A program made the position numbers and the translations under genes. The notes beneath the pieces are model-generated. The model saw nothing but the letters and a program-made list of their open reading frames with translations. It was not told the origin of the DNA and did not search any database. A stretch of 64,000 bases of DNA, taken from NCBI GenBank assembly GCA_977017575.1, contig CDRNVI010000053.1:310001-374000 (forward strand), read 5' to 3'. This DNA is from Paramoeba atlantica (Eukaryota; Protista; Discosea). This document shows, piece after piece, positions 58,763-64,000 of this stretch (position 1 is its first letter; each line of letters opens with the position of its first letter).

Positions 58763-61700
58763 ATGGCAACTCTCGAGGAGCTTCCGGAGGTAATATCGTT
58801 GCCAAAAATGGAAAACGAAATACTGCGCGCATGGAAGGAAATGGATGCTTTTAAGGTGTCTTTAAAGCAGTCCGAGAACCGTCCGATTTTTTCCTTTTAT
58901 GATGGCCCCCCATTCGCCACTGGCCTTCCGCACTATGGGCATTTTCTTGCCGGCACCATGAAGGATATGGTGTGTCGATACGCGCATCAAACAGGTCACC
59001 ATGTTGTTCGAAGATTTGGTTGGGATTGTCATGGCTTACCGATTGAATTTGAAATAGAAAAGTCTCTAGGTATTAAGTCCAAAGCTGAAATAGAAGAAAT
59101 GGGCATCAAAGACTATAATGCCGCATGTCGCGCAATAGTTATGCGTTACGCTGCACAATGGGAGCAACAAGTGACACGTATGGGGCGATGGATGGATTTC
59201 GAGCATGATTACAAAACAATGCAAACATCGTACATGGAGTCTGTATGGTGGGTGTTCGCAGAATTGTGGCGAAAAGGTTTGGTGTACCGAGGATTTAAAG
59301 TGATGCCTTACAGCACAGGATGTACGACCCCTTTGAGTAATTTTGAGGCAAATATGAACTATAAAGAGGTATCCGATCCTAGTGCCTATGTGACGTTTCC
59401 TATTGAGAACTTTTCCACATGTGAAAAGGAATCGTTTCCTATATCAAAACGTATCAATCTTCTTGCTTGGACAACAACCCCGTGGACGTTGCCTTCGAAT
59501 CTAATGCTATGCGTCCATCCTGACGTGGAATATGTGTTATTCGAAATCAAGAATCCGGAAAATCACGATTCTGCATTGGAAATAAGTAACCGGAGTCCTC
59601 AAATATATGTGGCTGCTAAATTGCTCCTTGCTTCTGTACTTCGGATTGTTTTCTCCGCCGAGGTTGATGATGCGAACATTATGGCAACGTTTCCTGGTTC
59701 CAAACTTGAAGGATATCGCTATGAACCACTTTTTGAGTACTTTTCCGATCCGAAAAGTGTTCGTTGGTCGGATCGCGGCGCCTTTCGCGTGGTAGTTGAT
59801 ACGTTTGTAACGCAGGAAACTGGAACCGGCATCGTTCATTGCGCACCTGGATTTGGCGAAGAAGATTTTCGCGTGGCTCAGAAATATGGAATCGTAAGCG
59901 TTGGTGGTGATTCAAACCCTACACAAGCCGGGGGCAAGGAAAGGGAAGAATTAACAAATGAGATACCTTGTGCAATACAAGACACAGTAATTGTTTGCCC
60001 AGTCGACGACAGCGGGTGCTTCACCGATGAAGTCCCCGACTTTAGAGGTGTGTATTGCAAAGACGCTGACAACGATATCTTAAAGATACTAAAGCGTAAA
60101 GGTCGATTACTGCACAAGGGGGCCATAGTACACTCGTATCCTTTTTGCTGGCGTAGCGAAACCCCTTTGCTGTACAAGGCAGTATCTTCTTGGTTCATTA
60201 ATGTTCGAGCCTTGAAGCCCCGCTTGATTGCCAATACACTTCAAAGTCGTTGGGTTCCTGATTTTGTTCGAACGAAGCGGTTTATGAATTGGCTTGAAGA
60301 AGCGCAAGATTGGGCGGTAAGTCGTAGTCGGTACTGGGGAACACCTCTTCCACTATGGGTGAGTTCAGATGGAAAAGAGCTTCGCTGTATTGGAAGTATT
60401 GAGGAACTCAGGAGTGCGTTGAAGTCCAAACACGCTCTAAAGAATGCGAACAATTTAGATGACTTACATCGAGAGTATGTGGATCAATTAGAAATTCCAA
60501 GTGCCCGAGGAAACGAATATCCTCCACTCCGACGCGTTAAAGAAGTATTCGATTGCTGGTTTGAGAGCGGGTCCATGCCGTATGCTCAAGTGCATTACCC
60601 GTTCGAAAATAAAAAGGTTTTTAAGAACAGCTTTCCAGCCGATTTTATAGCAGAAGGTTTGGACCAAACTCGAGGGTGGTTCTATACGCTTCTAGTTTTG
60701 TCTACTGCGTTATTTGATAAGCCAGCGTTTCAGAATTTGATAGCTAATGGCCTTGTACTAGCAGAGGACGGTAAGAAAATGTCAAAGCGGCTGAAAAACT
60801 ATCCGGACCCCATGAAAGTTATAGAGAATCATGGTGCTGATGCACTGCGCCTTTATCTAATCAACAGCCCTGTAGTTCGTGCGGAACCGCTACGATTTAG
60901 AGAATCTGGTGTAAAGGAGATTGTTCGAGAAGTTTTCTTACCTTTGCTACACGCGGTGAAATTTTTCTTGCAGAACGTGAATGCCTTTTGGTCTCGCACG
61001 TGTAACTCTCAGAATAAAATCAGTTGTAGCATCCAGAAATTTCTCCCTTGGGAAACATTGCAGTCAAGTAACATCATGGATCGTTGGATTAAAAGTGAGA
61101 CGCAGAGCCTAATCTCTTTTGTTCACGCAGAAATGGAAGGCTATCGACTGTACTCAGTTGTGCCGGAACTGGTTCATTTTCTGAACAATCTGACCAATTG
61201 GTATGTGCGAATGAACCGAAGACGCATAAAGGGATTAGTCGGCGTCACCGAGCAGCGTAATTCATTATGCACGTTGTTTCAGGTGCTGTGGAGCACGTGT
61301 CGCATTATGGCCCCTTTCGCACCTTTCACAGCAGAAATTATCTATCAAAAATTGCTGCCCTTACTGCCAAAGGCCAATAAAAGCTCCATGTATGGAGAAG
61401 AAAAGCCGGGCATGCGTTCACAGTTACGTTCCTTGTGGAAGCGCCTCACACAATTCTTTACACTACAGCTCCTGAAAAAAAGTCAAGAACGCTCAAGTAT
61501 TCATCACATAATGCTTCCTTCATGGGATAAAACACAAGTTAATACCGATGTTGAAAAATCTGTTCGTCAAATGCAGAAGGTTGTTGAAATGATTCGCACA
61601 CTTCGAGATCAAAACGGTGTGCCTTTAAGAAATGCCTTGCGGCGGGCGGTAATATGTCACCCAGAAGCTGAAGTGCGCAAAATCATCGATGAATTGCAAA

Positions 61701-62326
61701 GTTATGTATGCAGTGAGGGAAACTTGTTTGAAATTACTACTGGTCCTCCAGACACGTATTGTGTCCCGCGCATTGAACCGAATCTTGCTACTTTGGGAAA
61801 GAGACTTCGAAAAAAGGCTGCCAATGTTGCAACTGAAATAAGCAACCTTCCTGATGTAATGTCTCGACAACTTTTAGAGGTAGGAATGCTACATCTCCCT
61901 CAAAGTGGATTACAAATAACGCTAGAGGACGTGAAGGTGAAATACGAGTTACGCCCGGATAGTGAGCACGCCAATAAAAAATGTGTTATCATGCGAGAGC
62001 CACGTGGTTTGATTATTTGTCTGGATTTGACACAAGACGGAAATACGATAGGAGTCGGCATGGCCAGAATTTTTGTGTCACACGTACAGCAAATTCGTAA
62101 ACGCCGTGGTCTCCGTATAGAAGATGAAATCGTGGTAGAATATTACACAACCTCTTCGCTGCTGAAAAACGTCTTTCGCGATTATGCTCATGTTGTAAAC
62201 GGTACGATAAAAGTTCCGTGGGGCCCAGCCGTGCAAGGCAGCAACAAGGCTAAAATGATTGGATCAGAAGATCTCGCAATAGGAGACGAGGCCATAACAA
62301 TTAGTCTGTATTGGCCCAGTAGATAA
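58763..62326 (+). CDS. IARS: Isoleucyl-tRNA synthetase (eukaryotic cytosolic type)
   Basis: FYDGPPFATGLPHYGH, GWDCHGLP, WTTTPWTLP, SRSRYWGTP, EGLDQTRGWFY, KMSKR; first ATG 58763. Confidence 0.97.
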   Translation: MATLEELPEVISLPKMENEILRAWKEMDAFKVSLKQSENRPIFSFYDGPPFATGLPHYGHFLAGTMKDMVCRYAHQTGHHVVRRFGWDCHGLPIEFEIEKSLGIKSKAEIEEMGIKDYNAACRAIVMRYAAQWEQQVTRMGRWMDFEHDYKTMQTSYMESVWWVFAELWRKGLVYRGFKVMPYSTGCTTPLSNFEANMNYKEVSDPSAYVTFPIENFSTCEKESFPISKRINLLAWTTTPWTLPSNLMLCVHPDVEYVLFEIKNPENHDSALEISNRSPQIYVAAKLLLASVLRIVFSAEVDDANIMATFPGSKLEGYRYEPLFEYFSDPKSVRWSDRGAFRVVVDTFVTQETGTGIVHCAPGFGEEDFRVAQKYGIVSVGGDSNPTQAGGKEREELTNEIPCAIQDTVIVCPVDDSGCFTDEVPDFRGVYCKDADNDILKILKRKGRLLHKGAIVHSYPFCWRSETPLLYKAVSSWFINVRALKPRLIANTLQSRWVPDFVRTKRFMNWLEEAQDWAVSRSRYWGTPLPLWVSSDGKELRCIGSIEELRSALKSKHALKNANNLDDLHREYVDQLEIPSARGNEYPPLRRVKEVFDCWFESGSMPYAQVHYPFENKKVFKNSFPADFIAEGLDQTRGWFYTLLVLSTALFDKPAFQNLIANGLVLAEDGKKMSKRLKNYPDPMKVIENHGADALRLYLINSPVVRAEPLRFRESGVKEIVREVFLPLLHAVKFFLQNVNAFWSRTCNSQNKISCSIQKFLPWETLQSSNIMDRWIKSETQSLISFVHAEMEGYRLYSVVPELVHFLNNLTNWYVRMNRRRIKGLVGVTEQRNSLCTLFQVLWSTCRIMAPFAPFTAEIIYQKLLPLLPKANKSSMYGEEKPGMRSQLRSLWKRLTQFFTLQLLKKSQERSSIHHIMLPSWDKTQVNTDVEKSVRQMQKVVEMIRTLRDQNGVPLRNALRRAVICHPEAEVRKIIDELQSYVCSEGNLFEITTGPPDTYCVPRIEPNLATLGKRLRKKAANVATEISNLPDVMSRQLLEVGMLHLPQSGLQITLEDVKVKYELRPDSEHANKKCVIMREPRGLIICLDLTQDGNTIGVGMARIFVSHVQQIRKRRGLRIEDEIVVEYYTTSSLLKNVFRDYAHVVNGTIKVPWGPAVQGSNKAKMIGSEDLAIGDEAITISLYWPSR

Positions 62327-62932
62327 GATGTTAGATAAAAGTAAATTTACTCATTGACTCAATTTTTTTACGTAACAAAAACTCTGCTTTCTGATATCAA
62401 GGCGGGATGTGAGATTGCAAAGGTACGTAATTTCGATGCATTATAGTTTATGGTCCTTAAATTAGCGTGTTTTAGGCTCCTTACATTTAAACTTTGCTCA
62501 CAGTTTATCTTTACTTTCTTAGCTCAATGACGAATAATTACAATACTGTCATTGTTATTATTTTGTTAAGCCTATCTTATTGGCCAGTTCTAGTACTTTT
62601 TATTTTAGTGACTCAATACGGCTCTAATGCTGAACATCCACTCCTGAATACTAGTTCGTTACCTTACTTATGCTTCCAATTGTACGACATTGTGATTAAA
62701 AGCATGTTTTGCATACCAAATACATGGAATGTCTAAGTAAACATTTATACCTGTAGGTGCACGTTCTGTACGACTACATACGAGTAAAAATGTTGTTAAG
62801 CATCCCTCATTGTAATTAGAAAACATGTTCACTTAAGGGAATCAGGTCACATTTTTGTGGCAAATACCTCCGTACACAAATGTATACTGGGTATATAAAT
62901 CTCTCGTTTTCTACTTAACTATTGTCCTGTGA

Positions 62933-63154
62933 ATGAGTGCTCTTTTTAACTTTGAAAGTCTTCTCTACGTAGTTCTTCTTACTATCTGCGCTTCAACGTA
63001 TGCAAAATCACTGCGAAACAGTCTTTTTGAGCGAGAATCTCCACATCTTTATCAAAGGTTTCTTTACAAATGCGCTATAGTAGGTGAAAGGCTAAGTCCA
63101 TGGGTCTCTTTAGGGTGTATCCTTATGGCCATAAGAGTCTTGTTTTACCGATAG
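62933..63154 (+). CDS. TMEM167: Protein Kish (TMEM167)
   Basis: MSALFNFESLLYVVLLTICASTY; KCAIVGERLSPWVSLGC. Confidence 0.92.
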   Translation: MSALFNFESLLYVVLLTICASTYAKSLRNSLFERESPHLYQRFLYKCAIVGERLSPWVSLGCILMAIRVLFYR

Positions 63155-63411
63155 CAATACCATCGGTATTACTGATACTAAGTATCGGTCAGCTTTGCTG
63201 GCCAGTAACATCATTTTAAGGTGAGTTTCGGTCGTTCGGAAGCTTTTCTTTACCCTTTTCTTCACCGCACTTCAATTTGGGTAGTTGGATATGCAAGGAT
63301 ACTTTCATGAATAGTTTACTTATCCATAAGTCCAATATGAAACACAATTTGGACATTGTTTTGCGAAATGGAGAATACCACATAGAGATTCGATAGCTAT
63401 CTTTCACTTTA

Positions 63412-64000
63412 ATGTTGGGAAGAAATTCGAGCTCTTATGAACTACTGCCCTTGGAGTGGTATCTTCGAATCATCAACCGGTCGTTGCCTGAATGTTTTGG
63501 ATCTCTATTACGAATGAGACAACGCGTACAATCGGGCAACAAATCAATGAATCACTCATATATCAAGAGTTCGTTTCGACGCGAGAGCGATCTCAGCATG
63601 CGAATTGTACTGTGGTCGTTGGGAATATTTCGTTATCAACCGTACCTGCGCTGTATATTTATGCATAACACCCTGAAAGCCTATCGAGATGGAATAAATG
63701 ATGCTTTGGCAATTGCCTTACATCTCTTGTGGGATCTTTACAATGATAATACGAATTTAATTTCCCGGTGGGAGGCGACTTGTCGTTTAACGTTAGTACA
63801 CGAAAATAATATTTCCGTTTCCTTGGGCAATTCTGAGGACGGCAGTTCATTGGTTCCGACATCGACCTTTGAGCAAGTACATGTGTCCCCAAATATCAGT
63901 GATAGAGAGGATTCATGTAGAAGCGATGAGTATTCATGTGACGCGGAAGACACCCAATCGTCAGGGATTGTCCCTTCCGAATTACCTACGCGTGCGGAAT
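63412..64000 (+). CDS. Hypothetical protein, 5' part (open to the window end; not in the ORF track)
   Basis: Manual translation from ATG 63412 (MLGRNSSSYELLPLEWYLRII...) shows no stop over 196 codons. Confidence 0.6.
   Translation, partial: MLGRNSSSYELLPLEWYLRIINRSLPECFGSLLRMRQRVQSGNKSMNHSYIKSSFRRESDLSMRIVLWSLGIFRYQPYLRCIFMHNTLKAYRDGINDALAIALHLLWDLYNDNTNLISRWEATCRLTLVHENNISVSLGNSEDGSSLVPTSTFEQVHVSPNISDREDSCRSDEYSCDAEDTQSSGIVPSELPTRAE

Larger units (their letters stand above)
1..64000 (+). other. Single directional (polycistronic) gene cluster of kinetoplastid type; intron-free genes all on + strand
   Basis: Every long ORF with a recognisable product is on +, uninterrupted, with spacers mostly 130-900 bp. 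Minus-strand ORFs are short shadows of these. Confidence 0.9.

Noticed and set aside
63161-63200. Two small adjacent hairpins after Kish
   Set aside because: Short AT-rich stems compatible with chance; no second copy seen
1-64000. Non-standard genetic code or cis-spliced introns
   Set aside because: Conserved proteins translate full-length with the standard code and end at all three stop codons

Overview
Eukaryotic, intron-free, gene-dense window. All ~32 credible genes lie on the + strand, i.e. one directional (polycistronic) gene cluster. Kinetoplastid-type proteins (RNA-editing helicase REH2, uL30m, alpha-MPP/core protein, ATP synthase subunit e), short AT-rich spacers and two LDLTxLP-type LRR proteins point to a kinetoplastid, most likely the amoeba endosymbiont Perkinsela or a relative. 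The organism call is inference and all homologies are from recall, not database searches. Most genes are housekeeping: Misato, FNTA, PRPS, ASCC3, LipB, Aladin, CFIm25, LysRS, MetAP1, BCP1, V-ATPase D, kinesin, IleRS, Kish. The main unexplained structure is five strong (plus one weaker) ~0.7-1.2 kb GC-rich islands in which the + strand flips from extremely C-rich to extremely G-rich. The flip ignores gene boundaries and reshapes codons and amino acids, resembling replication-origin or bidirectional-initiation footprints. Also notable: two families of TIR-bounded MITE-like elements sharing a GCCGC-GAA-GCGGC hairpin (DNA transposons are generally reported absent from trypanosomatids), an antisense CCHC knuckle relic, a 1506-aa secreted PAN + bulb-lectin protein, a Sororin-like C-terminal motif, a probable pseudo-Sec7, and a LysRS with a candidate mitochondrial presequence. 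No tRNA, rRNA, SL-RNA or CRISPR was recognised.
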